A stretch of 64,000 nucleotides of DNA from Paraspadella gotoi (taxonomy: Eukaryota; Animalia; Chaetognatha), in assembly GCA_051294375.1 (NCBI GenBank), contig CM119268.1, positions 15,439,103 to 15,503,102 of the forward strand, written 5' to 3'. A program made the translations under genes and the position numbers. Below the pieces are notes generated by a model that ran no database searches, was not told the DNA's origin, and saw nothing but the letters and a program-made list of their open reading frames with translations. Below, piece by piece: positions 1-13,892 of this stretch (its first letter is position 1; each line of letters starts with the position of its first letter).

Positions 1-302
1 CAAGTGGGCGAAGGAAAACCCGGTTGACGCGAAAAATCGAGCCAAACGGCATTTCATTTTATTCTTTTAGGATTTTTCAAGTTTAAAATACTTACTTTAA
101 ATTTAACTTTAACTAATTCAAAAATACCTTAACGCGACAATACAATTTATTCCGATCAAAAATAAAATTCTCTTTTTCAATGAGAATCTAAGTTCAAATA
201 ACATATTCAAAGTGGCAGCACAGGCCAAGAGTCTTTTGAGTTTCAGTTCGGCATCGCCATCTATGTTCTTAGCTTCACATTTCCAACGGGCAATTGCGGC
301 AT

Positions 303-1933
303 CTAAAATTTGGGCGCTAGAGACGAATCAACAAAGATAGACTTGGTCCGCGGCATCGCGCCAGAGTTCGACATATTCCACGAGTTTCTAGGAGCGGGCC
401 AGCCCCAGGGCTTGGCAAACCCCATGGCTGCGACTGGGCAGTACCGTGGTTGCCCAGTTGCTGACGGACTCCAACCCATCGTAATTCGCGGCAGAGAAAA
501 TTCCAGAAAACCCAACCTGTTTTACAATTAAATATAAGGGAACGGGGTTGAAGCTGATTGATTTCCGACGATTCCCTCTACGTCTTAAATCCTACCCGTC
601 ATAAGCCGAAGGATCTTGATTGAAGGAGGCCGAAATGTCCAACGAAGAAGGCAACTGAGAAGTACGGAACCATGAAGCGTAGTCTCCAAAGATCTGTAAA
701 GGATTGCTCGATCCAGATAGAGAAGAGATCGACGGAGAAACGTTGGCCAATTTAGCAAAGGGTCCCAACGACTGGGAAGGACCAACAGAATTGGCAAAGG
801 GGCCAAACATCTGGTAAGGTCCTAGAAAACTGGCAAAGTTACGATGTCGAGAGCCAGAGAATCCGGAACGCGGTTTAGAGTTCGACGCGGAGAGGACGGG
901 CGAAGTTTCTTGGCGCCGCGAGGATTCAGCGTCGGGAATGATTATCACGCATTCCTTTGGCACCGCTGCGGAAGGAAGGCGAGTTTTTTCAGCAGATAAT
1001 TTTATTAAAATTTATATAATCTATACAGGGCGAATGAAAAATTTTGCCGATTAATGGATTATTAAATGTGTCCTTAACACTTGCATCTAACGTTGGCCGA
1101 CGTCTGCTGGAAAGTCGGCCGGCAGTCGTAGTATTGCCTCTTCCACTTGGCGCGTCGATTCTGGAACCAGACTTGAACTCGGTACTCGGGAACCCTGATG
1201 CGTTGCGAGAGCTCACGACGCGACGACGTCGGGAGAAATTTGTCGTCGGGAAACGCCTTCTCCATTTCCTCCAGTTGATAAGGGGAGAAGTAGGTTCTGA
1301 AAATGTTAAGACAGCTCTTTTTTTTTCTGTCTTCCGGTATTTTTCACTTTATTTCTTCTTACCTCGATCGTTTTCTTGGCAAAATATCATCATCATCTTC
1401 GTCGTCAACACTGTGTCTTTTGTTTTTGTTTTCATTGCTTCCGTTGCTACGACTATCAGCTTCGTTGCGAACTTTGGGGGGGAAACCACACAAGAGCATA
1501 ACAGATCGCTATTTTAAAATTTAAGAAGATATTGCGGGCCTCACCAATGCCAGAAAAGTTTGCCTTTTTAGAATAAATCGAGGTAAGCCGTTCCCAAGGC
1601 TCCAACTTCCACTTAGTCGCTGACGCCGTCATCGCGGCCTGTCTTCGAAATGGAGTCGGACAGGACTTCGTCTCCGCGGTCGCCGCGGCTTCGTCGTCCT
1701 CGTCGATAAGGCATTCCGAAGTAGTGTGGTCGATATTTGTGTATCAATAATTGAATTTAGGCGGCCTGTCTTGAATAGATTAATAATTTTCTGTCTGAGA
1801 GAAATATTAGTTTTTTGATAATTGAATAATTTATTAACAAATAACAGGTTTAAATTAAGATAGAGCCTGACTCACCGATCGAAGGGCTGTTCTCAATTCT
1901 GATCGAATGGGAAACTCGAGTCGTCCCGTCCAT
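303..1933 (-). CDS. Spliced paired-like (PRD class, Q50) homeobox transcription factor, divergent
   Basis: Joining exon 1363-1471 to exon 1079-1296 across a 66-nt GT-AG intron (1297-1362) gives PRKRSRTYFSPYQLEEMEKAFPDDKFLPTSSRRELSQRIRVPEYRVQVWFQNRRAKWKRQ. Other phase-compatible exons: 1545-~1790 (GTGAG donor), 596-965 and 303-516. Probable first exon 1876-1933 (MDDDSSFPF..., GTGAGT donor). The 5' exons carry indels or stops, and the donor at 1078 is weak. Confidence 0.9.
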
Positions 1934-2290
1934 TCTATTTCTTAAATTCTTTGGAGGCGAAAGGTCGACGGTTTATTTAGTTATCTGCTTCATGAAATTT
2001 CTGGGTACTCGAAAAATTCACAGTAAGAGACAAAAGAAGGAATTATTATTATTATTATTATTATTATAAAAGAGAGAGATATAGGAGCTGACTCACCGGA
2101 TCGAAGGGGCTGTTCCTCATTCTGATCGGAATGGGAAACTCGAGTCGTCGTCCATTCTATTTCTTAAATCTTGAGCGAAAGTCGACGGTTTAATTTAGTT
2201 ATCTGCTCATGAAATTTCTGGGTACCGAAAAATTCAAGTAAGAGAACAAGAAGAAAGCGAATTAATTATTATTATTATATTATTATTTAG
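1858..2290. repeat. Tandem duplication (~220 bp) of the putative homeobox first exon
   Basis: 1858-2070 and 2080-2290 are the same sequence (ctgactcacc..gggaaactcgagtcgtc..catgaaatttctgggtac) and differ by scattered single-base indels. Confidence 0.9.
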
Positions 2291-3525
2291 TTTACATGGA
2301 ATTAATTTGTTTCTCGCTGTTTACCCTTAGTCGTAGAGGTTGCGGCACATAGAGAACTCGTGTCACCATAATTAATAAGCGAGAGTCTTCTAAGATTTGA
2401 ATTTTACTTTACAGATAATTTAAACGACTCAAAATATATTTCTTTTCTAAATTGTTTGGTATCGTAGTAATTTATTATATTTCATAAATTATGTTCACCA
2501 GAAAAAACCTATTGTTTAATTGTTTTTTATATTAATAGTTTTTAATAAATATTTTTTTAATAATTACGTTGGAGGTTTTATTAACTTGAAGCCCTTTCTA
2601 AGCATCTTTTCTGTTTCCTTCTATTTTTCAAAGTTCATTCCGTCCAACACTCTTTTTCCTCTTCCCCTCCATTACTGCTCCTCCTTCCCCCTCTCACCCG
2701 TCTCCGCCTCTCGCCCTTCTCCCCTCAATCCCTTCTCCCCTCTTCCGCCTCCCCGCTTCCCCTCTCCCCCTCTCTCTCTCCCCCGTAAGGCGACGCTCGG
2801 ACGATCGGTGTCAATCGATGACTCAGTTATTCAAATCGGCGGGAGACGAGGACGAACATTAAAAGCGTCGCCGCCATTCACGAACCTTTCCCAGCTCCCC
2901 TGCCCCCACAACCTCTCACCTTCTCTCCCCCTTTCCCTCCTCTTGCCTCCTGNNNNNNNNNNNNNNNNNNNNNNNNNTTCCTCCCTCGCCCCCAGTCGAC
3001 CCCTTGCTATGATGGGGAGAGGTTGGGAGGAGACACGCCCCCGCAAATTCGTTTTTCTTTCCTTTTCGAATAAAAAAAAAGGGAGAAAAGTCTTTCGTTC
3101 CTCGACTATTTTTTTTTCTCTCTTTTTTTTTTCTATTTTCAAATCGAATTCTATTGCTTTTTCCTCGTTTTTTTTTCTGTGGCGTGACGTTAGCGAGTTT
3201 ATATATTTTTTTGTATATTTTTTAACTTTTCCCGAATCCTTTGTTTTAATATTTCCCACTTTAACATTTTTTTCGTTTCCTTTTTGTAGCGTTTTTTAGG
3301 CAGTGACGATTAAATTTCTTTTAATTTTGATCATTTTTGAGTTATTATAAAAAGGTTTTATTGACATGAATCGATTCAAACTTTCTTTATTCTTCTCGTC
3401 TCTTCTCTCACCCTTTTCTCGGCATCTCTCTCCCTCACACCCTCCCGCCCTCGGCCCTCTCCCCCATTCGAAGCAGTAAACAAGCGTTTTCAGTCTCGCC
3501 GCCCGATTCTCAGCCTGTCATCTTT

Positions 3526-3812
3526 TCATGCCAACGCTTCGTCGTCCTTGTCGTCGTCGTCGCCGTCGTCGTCGCCGTCGTCGGGCCTCTTTTTTTCGCT
3601 ATCCAGCGCCATCATCAATTTCTGCGAGATTTTTTTACGATGTCTTCGAGACTCGGCGACACTTGAATGCCGCCTGAGTGAGCAGATGCCGATAGAAGCC
3701 GTCAAACGCAGACAGATGCAAACAAAGATTCGAATGTGAAGAGATCGCGACGAGGCACCTTCGCCATCGCCCGACCGTGTGAACTTCAAAAGATATGATT
3801 GTGAGGAAAAAT
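3526..3812 (-). CDS. Possible terminal coding exon with acidic tail (copy at ~10002-10308), unknown protein
   Basis: Acceptor-like ttttgtaactgtcAG is followed by an open frame (FSSQSYLLKFTRSG...KLMMALDSEKKRPDDGDDD...). A GTAAG donor at ~10376 lies upstream of the second copy. No recognisable domain. Confidence 0.3.
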
Positions 3813-6800
3813 CTGACAGTTACAAAANNNNNNNNNNTTTAGTTTACATGAATTAATTTGTTTCTCTGTTTACCTTAGTCGTGAGGTTGCGCACATGAAA
3901 CTCGTTCACCATAATTAATAAGCGAGAGTCTTCTAAGATTTGAATTTTACTTTACAGATAATTTAACGACTCAAATATATTTCTTTCTCTAAATTGTTGG
4001 TATCGTTAGTAATTTATTATTTCATAAATTATGTTCACCAGAATAACCTATTTGTTTAATTTTTTTTATATAAATAGTTTTTTTTAATAAATATTTTTTT
4101 TAATAAATAGTTGGAGGTTTTACTTGTAAGCCTTTTCTAAGCATCTTTTCTGTTTCCCTTCTATTTTCAAAGTTCTTCCGTCCAACCCTCTTTTTCCTCT
4201 TCCCCTCCCATTACTGCTCCTCCTGCCCTTCCGCCCCGCTCCTCCTTCCGGCTTCCCCCCGCCTCTCGCCCTTCTCCCCTCTGCCCTATCTCCCCTCGGT
4301 TCCCCTCGACCGCTTCCGCCCTTCCCCCTCTCCCTCTCTCCCCGTAAGGCGACGCTCGTAAGGTGTCAATCGAGGACTCAGTTATTCAAATCGTCGGGAG
4401 ACGCGAACGAAATTAAAAGCGTCGCGCGCCATTCAGAACCGTTCCCAGCTCCCCTGCCCCCCACCTCCACCTCTCTCTCTCGCCCTTTCCCTCCTCTTTC
4501 TCCCTCGCCCCCAGTCGACCCTTGCTATGATGGGGAGAGGTTGGGAGGAGACACCGCCCGCAAAGTTCGTTTTTTCTTTCCTTTTCGAATAAAAAAAAGG
4601 GAGAAAAGTCTTTCGTTCCTCGACTATTTTTTTTTTCTGTTGCTTTCTTTTCTTCACTTTTCACATGATTATTATCTATCCTGTTAAATGTCTTTATTAT
4701 ACACATCGCCTAGTTTGGTCCTCGTCCTCGCATTTTCTCACTCGTGGCGCTATAGACATTGGAAGGCTGAGTTTGGAAAATATTCTCTAATTTGTAGGTA
4801 GGGTTTTGGATGGATATACGAACTTTGTGGTCGGGTCGAAATACCGCATCTGCTGTTGTGTAACTTTATGATATAGATTCTGCCACGGCACATCTTGAGG
4901 ACAAAGTATATTAATGTGTGCAATTTGGTCGCACTTGTTTGATATAGCGTCGATGTTCCGTTAGGGATGTAGAGTTAATTATTTGTGTGGCACTATTTCG
5001 AGTTCTTGTTCTTGCAGTATCTCTATTAAAGGTAGGTGGTGGTTCTATTTGAGCATGAAATCGATTCGAACACAAAAACTATTCCGGCGAATTGGTTACA
5101 TTCACTAATAATACAGAGAATACTCATTACTCAATCGGGTCAATCAGAACTTTCCTTTATTCTTCTCGTCTCTTTCTCTGCACCCTTTTCCCGCAATTCT
5201 CTCCCTCACACCGCTCCCGCCCTGGCCCTCTCCGCCGCGCAACTTTTAAAAAAAAAAAGAAGCTCCGGGTAGTTTTCTCCATTTTCCAGTTTTTGCTTTC
5301 TTAATTTCAAAATCATTCCACATCTTCGGGACTAATATTCGATATTCTGAAAAGTCCAGGTTACAAAGAGTTTATACCAAGTTTTATCACGCACAGACGG
5401 AGATTCCAGCTCAGACCTGTCATATTTTCCTATTTTTTCATTTGGCTAACCGCTCGCTCGCGAGATGAGATACCATTTGTGTTCTGAATTCTCGTCCGTA
5501 CGAGGGTTAAGATAGTACAAGTAAGATCGTGCTTCTTTTTTGTCGCTTCAATCGACACAGGCGAGATCATGCTATCACTATATCTGACAGAGAGTTCTCT
5601 CTCATATTCAACTGCCATCGTCTTCTCCGTTAGTATTCCCTGTGCTCAGGCGTTAATTTTTCGGTTGAAGTTGGCGGAGCACACTTCAAATAAGCGAGCT
5701 CCGTAGAAGGTGTCAGTCTTTAGCTCCAACTGGCTAAGAGTCACTGACGAAGCCCGTCCAACGCAGACAGATGCAAACAAAGCTTCGAATCAAGTGTAAA
5801 ACAGCATATATCTGCGGATTTTACGTGTTGGAACTCTGAAAATATCAAGTTAACAGCTTTTCCGCAGTCGAGACGGCACCTGATGCTTCTCACCGTGGCG
5901 GTTGAAACATTCTCTAATAATGTATTTATATATCTGTAGAAAAACATCCTCGTAACAGTCTTTAGTCATGAAATTATTTGTCTCTAACCAATATTATCCT
6001 CACGACACTGAGTTCACAGTCTTGCACTACTCACGCACTAATCCTCTATGTCAGGCTTACCTCTTTCCTGTGCGACGCACCTGCGCTGCAATAATCGGCT
6101 ATTGAAGGAGGATGCGTCTTTCTCTCCTATCTCTACAGGTTCTCTCTCGCGCTTTCGTTCTGCGAACGCGTCGATAAATTCGAGTTATTCTCTGCCCTCG
6201 TCCGGAAGTCGGTCGTCTCATCCATATCTCATCTCTCGTCATCCGTCGTACTATCACGTTAATGCACTTCATAAATCCACATTAAATGCATCTCTCTCTC
6301 TTTCTTTCATTTCGAGTTTTGTTGCTCTCTCATCTTCTACTGCAAATAATGAATGATGCAAAGAAAGCCATCTATTTCCTTTAGAGTTTACTCACTCCAT
6401 TCATCACGATAATAATTATATGTTATGGTTATCTGTGTGAGCAGCTTGCATCTTCTACACTAACTAAAAACTTGAATTACTTCCTCCTGCGTGTCACGAT
6501 TTCTTCTTTGCGTACCGATTGTCACTTCGAGATTCTGTTTCGCTTGGTTCCGTCGTCGTCCCGTCATCTGCTATCGAGTAAATCTCTGCTGCTCTCCTCG
6601 TTCCTTATTGTATATCGAGTCACCAAGAGGTGCGCCTGTTTATGCGATAGGCGTGTGTGACCTCTACCAAGAGATAGGAGATCTAGTTCAGACGATGCGA
6701 GAGAGTTGAAGCACAGTGATGATGAGTATTCGAGAGGAGTAGAGGAGAAGAGCAGAGAGAGTAATGAAAATTTGATGTGCTTATGTCTCGCAGTGTCCTC

Positions 6801-9124
6801 GCAATAATGTACAAGTGTGAGAGCGTGAGTTCCTCCTGCAAAATCAGTGAGAGCGTATTGGTGTCTTTCTAAGGACGTGAAATGCTAACTTCCCTGTGAC
6901 TGTTAAGTCCATCCACAAGCGACTGAATGACATTAACCGTAAGAATTACAAAAATCATAGCTTATTAAACCGATTTGGTGAGACCTTAACGGTTACATAT
7001 GTATATATTATCAATAGAAACTGATCTTGTGAAAGAAATAATTCATCCAAACAAGCAGTTTCTCATTAATAATTCATTTCAATTTTGTCGTAAGTATAAT
7101 TTTGAGAGTGGTGGGAGTGTGAGAAAGGTAACTGGAAGAATTGTAAAATAATGTACAGTAATATTATAGTATGTTACAGGACAAAATATTTATTATTTAG
7201 ATTACCAAAACAAAGAATTTTGTTTAATTTAATTCAAGCGTCTCTGATAAGAGTTTATTTGTTTGATTGTTCGTCGTTCGTCAGGTCGTCTTGAGGACGG
7301 TCTCGGCAACAGAGGGTTCTTCCTTGTATCCGTCTTCCTGCGGTTTTACTCGGGGTTTTATTGGTCCGGTCGGTCGTAGGTTTGTTCGTCGCCGTCGTTC
7401 GCGGTCACACAAAAAAATTTTTTTAACATTCTGCAATTCAAAAAACCATTAATAGATTTGTTTCTAATTTGTTCGTTGATATGATTGATAGATATTCGAA
7501 TATTTGAATGATTCAATATTTATTTGTTTAACGATAGCCTTATTTAATATATTAATTATATTTTTTATTTATGATTTTTGACATGAGGTTCGGTAGTCGG
7601 TGGCGTCCTTTCGTGGCTTACGGCTGGTTTTCGAGTCCGAGCGCTCTTCCAACACGCAGTCGTTTCTTATTAATGAATGCACCCGCCTGGACGAAGCATC
7701 TCGACGAAGGAACCTGACGGAAGAGGATGGACGTGTGGGCCACGTGCGAGGGCCCTCGGTGAATCTCTGTGGATGGCGAGGGTCGGCCGCTGCCGCGGGC
7801 GAGTCTGGGAAACGGCGACGATCAGAATAAAGGACAAAAATAGAAACGTGGTATATTGATAAGGAAGTCTGACGATGAGAGAAATAAGCCGAAGCTGGAA
7901 CCGGCGGGCGAAGCAGACGACGGGATTGAATTCGATAGCTTTCAATTAAAAAGGTGGATTTTTTCAGAATTCTGAGCAACAAAGAAACATTCACGGGTCG
8001 AAGAACTAGGACGTTGGGGTATCGAAATATTATTACCAGGATACTCTTTTTTTATTTTTTCTGGTTGTATATAAATTAATTTGAACAATATTGTGTATTC
8101 TAAATAAGTAGTACTTTAATGAGTTAACTATAGGGAGGACTTATTTTGTGTGGGAAAATACTGTGACAACTTAAAAATGTTCAAAAGCGGGGAACAGTCA
8201 ACCAGCTTCCGCGTTTTTGAAGTTCTATGGCTTTAATAGAGATCGAGGAGGTTTTGGTGGTGATAATTTCTGGATAACAAAGGTGATCGTACCATCCATC
8301 AGTGGCTATAACGTATTTATGATCAATCCGCTCCGATTATAACACCCGCCAGAAAATTGGCGTCCCACAGCATACATTATTGATTTTCCTTTAAGTAACA
8401 GGAAGGAATAAATCCTCTTTTAAGCAATTTCCTGAGAAGCGATTATTACCCTTCCTTGCTTATCTCGGACCATTTTTTTACGCCTTTGGCGCACGTTTTA
8501 ATTTTTTGACCCAACGAGTAATCCACCGCTTGATGCATGGGCTGCTAAAAAACAACGGGAACTGAAGAGAGAAGCAAAGGGCAACAGACGAGATCGTCAG
8601 TCGTGATCGTAGATAAATAAACTCGCAATCGAAAAACTTCAGATGGTATCCCGGAGTTGGAATCAAGAAGACTCTTTCGCTTTCGGAGAATATTTTTTCT
8701 TTCCATTTTTTTTTGTTTAGGCTTTAATTTTTTCATGCATTTCTTTGGCCATTAACAAAAAGCATGTGTTTTTACTATTCCAGCTTTTTTCTGTTTATAT
8801 TATACATTATTAGTTACCGAATAAATTTTTCATCCGTTCATTATTTAATTAATAAGGGCACTAGTTCTTTCTCTAATTTTATTTAAGATAAAAACAGCTA
8901 CTTTTTTTTTTTAAAAATAAAAACAAGCTTTTGTTTGTATCTGGTTTATTTTTGTATTCAACCGGACTTATTTATTTCTTTATTCCTTTTATATCTTCCT
9001 ATTAATTCTTTTTTATATTCCCCTTTTTTTCTTGCCTTTTCTTCCTCCTCTTTTTTTTTTTTTTTTATTTTCTTTTCTTTTTTTTTTTTTTTTTATTTTT
9101 TTTTTTTTATTTTTTTTTTTTTTT

Positions 9125-9311
<187 letters not shown>

Positions 9312-10418
9312 TTTTTTAAATATTTTTTTTTTTTTCTTTATTTTTTTTTTTTTTTTTTGATTTGATATTTTTTGTTTTATAATTTTTCTATATCTTTTTA
9401 TTTTTTTTTCCGGTACATTGCTTGTTTATTTTTCTATATCTTTTATTTACTTATTATATTTTTATTTTTTTTTTAATGTATAGTGTATATTTATGTTTTT
9501 TTTTTTTTTTTGTTTTTTATTTTGTATTTATATTATTTTTATTTTTTTTTTTATATTTTTGTCTGTTTTATTGTTTTTCTGTTTTTTTCTAGTGTTTCTT
9601 TTTTTTTTTTTTTTTTTNNNNNNNNNNNNNNNNNNNNNNNNNAGGAGAAGAGATTGCTTTTCCTCGTTTTTTCTGTGGCGTTACGTGAGCGAGTTTATAT
9701 ATATTTTTTGTATATTTTAACTTTTCCCGAATCCTTTGTTTAATATTTCCCACTTAAAACATTTTTTTCATTTCCTTTTTGTAGCGTTTTTTAGGCATGA
9801 CGTTAAATTTCTTTTAATTTTTGATATATTGAGTTATTATAAAAAGGTTTAATTGACTGATCGATTCAAACTTTCTTATATTCTTCTCGTCTCTTCTCTC
9901 ACCTTTTCTCGGCCATCATCTCTCCCTCACACCCTCCCGCCCTCGGCCCTCTCCCCCATTCGAGAGCAGTAACAGACGTTTTCAGTCTCGCCGCCCGATT
10001 CTCAGCCTGTCATCTTTTCATGCAACGCTTCCGTCGTCCTTGTCGGTCGTCGTCGACCGTCGTCGTCGCCGTCGTCGGGCCTCTTTTTTTCGCTAGCCAG
10101 CGCCATCATCAATTTCTGCGAGATTTTTTTTACGAATGTCTCGAGACTCGGCGACACTTGAATGCCGCTGAGTGAGCAGATGCCGATAGAAGCCGTCAAA
10201 CGCAGACAGATGCAACAAAGATTCGAATGTGAAGAGATCGCGACGAGGCACCTTCGCCATCGCCCGACCCGTGGTGAACTTCAAAAGATATGATTGTGAG
10301 GAAAAATCTGACAGTTACAAAATAGTGATATTATCAGATGGTTAACAGTCCTTGCAAATTAAGATAACTAGCTTACCCTCTTTTCCTTCCCAAGCTGTGC
10401 CAAAGCTCTTTAAGAGAG

Positions 10419-10475
<57 letters not shown>

Positions 10476-10662
10476 CCTCTCTCTCTCTCTCACTCTCTCA
10501 TCTCTCTCTCTTTCTTTCTTTCTTTTCTCTCTCTTCTCTGCAAAAGATGATGCAAAAAAGCATAGCCTTCCTCTCTCATTCTCGATTATTCACTGAGGGA
10601 CGAGATTCTCTCTCACTCTCTCTCTCTCTCTCCTCTCTCTCATCTCTCTCTCTCTCTCTCTC

Positions 10663-10700
<38 letters not shown>

Positions 10701-10733
10701 TCATCGTCGGTATTTATCGATCAATATGGCTGT

Positions 10734-10770
<37 letters not shown>

Positions 10771-11242
10771 CGTCATAGGCTGTGATCCTGGGGTGACTTT
10801 CCAAGGTGATCTATTCACATCGATGATGCTTATCATCTTCGTGGGGGAGAGAGTAAAAATGGGGAGGCCGAAATAATAACTGAAGGGAATTTCGTGAGAG
10901 CCATTTTCAAGGATGAGAACTTGTGACTGGTAAGAGCGAACTGTGAATTAACGTGAAAAATCTTTTAACGATTTAACTTACGGTATTGTTTATATCAATA
11001 GAATGATCTTGTGAAAGAAATAATTCAAACAGAGTTTATTAATAATTCATTTCATTTTTGTCGTAAGTATTCATTGGATAAAGTAACTACAATTGTAATA
11101 ATGTAATAATATTATTATTTACGACAATAAAAGACAAAAAACAAAGAATGTAATAAATTTACGTCTTGAGAAGAGTTTATTTTTTGATTGTCGTCGTCGT
11201 CGTCATCGTCGTCGTCTTTACAGGTCTCGGCACAGATTCTTC

Positions 11243-11890
11243 CTATCCGCTCCTGTTACTTCGCTTCGGGAGGTCTTCAACGCAGTCGTTTCTTAAGAAG
11301 CACCCCCTGACGAGCATCTCGACGAAGGAACCGAGGAAGAGGAGGACGTGTGGGCAGGCGAGGGCCTCGGTGAACTCTGTGATGGCGAGGTCGGCGCGCC
11401 GGGCGAGTCTGGGAAACGGCGACGTCAGAAAAAGGACTAAAATAGAAACGTGGTATATGATAAGGAAGCCGATGAGGAAATAAACCGAGCTGGAACCGGC
11501 GGCGAAGCAGACGACGTCGATGCCTCTGGGCAAACGGTCGAAGAAACTAGACGTTGGGATCGAAAAAAAGGATATTTTTTTTTAAAATTTTGAAATTTTA
11601 TTCTGAAGTAGTACTATAATAATCTTTTTTTAACTGTACCTCGATGGAGGTTGTTGAATCTGGATAACAAAGTGATCGTCATCATCATCATCATCATCGC
11701 TCGACACGCCGTTGGCGTCCCACTCTGCAATCTGAGAAGCGATTATTTCCTGCAGGACCAAGTTTGGCCCACGAGAATCGCGAGCAGCTGCTCCAGCTGA
11801 AGAAGCAGGGCCAGCTGGCGTCGAGTCGGTCGTAGATTCGCTCGTCTTCGATGGACGATTGGAATCAGACTTCGGAGAATTTTCTTCCAT
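11243..11890 (-). CDS. Two-exon orphan protein (~185 aa): disordered acidic N-terminus and 1-2 predicted TM helices
   Basis: Exon 11640-11890 (aaaaATG; MEENSPKSDS...QQPPS) and exon 11243-11546 join in phase 2 across a 93-nt AT-rich GT-AG intron (11547-11639). Hydrophobic stretch VYFLIGFLIIYHVSILVLFLTSPF. Confidence 0.65.
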
Positions 11891-12149
11891 TTTTTGTTTA
11901 GGCTTTATTTTTATGTTGCCAACAAAACGACCGCTTTTCTGTTATATACAACAAAGTAAATTTTTCATGTCAATTATTATAGGCTAAATTTAATAAACAA
12001 TTTTTTTTAAAAAAACAAGCTTTGTTTGATGGTTTATTATTATTATTATTATTAAGTCACCAAAAATTTTGATTTGAACTGAACAAATTCGAGCGATTAT
12101 TACAATTTAAAGAAAGTCTAGAAAATCGCTAGTAAAATTTAAACGCCGA

Positions 12150-12475
12150 CACCAATCATCTTATTTTTTCGCGGATAAAATTCATTCCGTTTCGATTTGT
12201 TTTGTTGTCATCGTTGTTGTTGTTATTTTAGGTGTGCATCGACGCCGACGACGACGCTGAGTGGATTTATCGCCACAAATACGGTGGAAGGAAATGAAAT
12301 TTCGCCGAAATCACTTGTAAACGTAAACCATCGCATTGAATGTTGAGTTCATTGAGATTTCTTGAAATTTCCCCAAACGCGGAGTATCCCAGAAATTCGT
12401 CATGGAAACGAATTTCCGTCGATTCGACGAACGCACTTGATTGGTCCCCTGGATAAAGTTCCTAATTGGTCTATG
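12150..12475 (-). promoter_or_regulatory. Putative promoter with CCAAT boxes upstream of the 11890 ATG
   Basis: ACCAATCA at ~12151, and GATTGGT and AATTGGT at ~12439 and ~12464. Confidence 0.35.
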
Positions 12476-13236
12476 TGACAAACTGACCGAAAACTTTATT
12501 TTGGCTCAAGCCAGTGAAGAAAAGAACAATTGACACGACAGTGAGACTCTCTCTCGAGTCGCGGGTTTCAGTTGAGAATCACAAACATCGAAACCATAAC
12601 AATAGATTCACGAGGATCGAGCAGTGAAGGGAATCCGTCGAAAAATCTGGCGTCAAAGCATCGTCGTGACTCGATGGCCCGGGCTAGTTTTGTGTTTAAA
12701 GCAAAGCCAAGTAATGAAAGAAGTTTTAGAATTCGTATAAATGTGTGATTACTGTTAATCACGATGTATTTCTCGATGAATTAGCTCAAAGATTACGGAT
12801 TGTTAAGGTGAATAACCCTTCCTCTTAAAATCTCTTATTTTTACATTTTTTACGTAAATGAAAAAAAGTGAAAAAATCGAGGGCTTTTGTTCTGACTTCA
12901 TTTCAACAAACTGTTTAACTGACAACATGCATCCTTTTTTTTAATTCTTACTTTTCACCTTATCGAGCTCTCTCTTTCCCTAACATTTATCTCTCTTTCC
13001 CCTTTTAACATTTGACCTGATTTCCTCTGCCCCCCAATTCCTAAAACGCGACCTCCCTTCCCCTCTTTTTCTCATAAACGCCGGCTTTTCAAAATGTCTC
13101 TGGTCATAAAAAGGGGCTCGCGTCTCGCTCAGCTTTACTATCTCTTTTCTTTTATGATTTGACAACAACAAGAACATGGATTAAGAGGCAGAGAAGCCCT
13201 CGCTCTCTGGCAGTCTCTCTCTCTCTCTCTTCTCTC

Positions 13237-13269
<33 letters not shown>

Positions 13270-13277
13270 TCGTCTCT

Positions 13278-13321
<44 letters not shown>

Positions 13322-13465
13322 CTGTCCGCTCTTAATAATTTTCTCGGCTTAGACTTTGTAGTATCTGCTTATGATTTAAATTTGTTTTGCCTAAATTGAA
13401 AATAAAAAGATAAGTTCCTCTCTATCTCTCTCTCTCTTTCTCTCGTCTCCATCTTGTTTCCTTAT

Positions 13466-13706
13466 TTGCGCATGCGTGTCCCTCGGACGACTCGTCTCGA
13501 GTCAAAGGCCCGACGTGGAAAGTCAAAGGCCAGAAAGGAAAGAGAAGAAATAAAAAGAAAGGAATAAAAGAGAGAGTGGCAATAGAAGATAGAAAATAGA
13601 AAAGAGAAAAGGGCGATGGAGCAAAGGGACATACGGGGGGGAGGACACGTTTTTAAAAAAGAAAAAACCTCTCGACTATTGGATGAGGAGGGGAGACGGA
13701 GGATGA

Positions 13707-13762
<56 letters not shown>

Positions 13763-13892
13763 GGAAAAAAAATTCTCATCCAATCCCATCGAGTCGTTTC
13801 GCCCTTTCCCCGCGACTGAATCCCCCTGACCGGGTCGAAGGGTCGAATCGAGGTCAAAGGTCAAAGTCTTTTTAAAGCAGCGAAATGCAAAT
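13466..13892. promoter_or_regulatory. Motif cluster: NRF1-like site, nuclear-receptor sites including a perfect DR1, octamer
   Basis: TGCGCATGCG at ~13467. AGTCAAAGGCC twice (~13500, ~13521). AGGTCAaAGGTCA at 13851-13863. ATGCAAAT at 13885-13892. Confidence 0.45.

Noticed and set aside
155-600. Stop-codon readthrough or alternative genetic code in the homeobox 3' region
   Set aside because: A few stops in ~150 codons is compatible with chance, and a phase-compatible GT-AG intron (517-595) explains the region.
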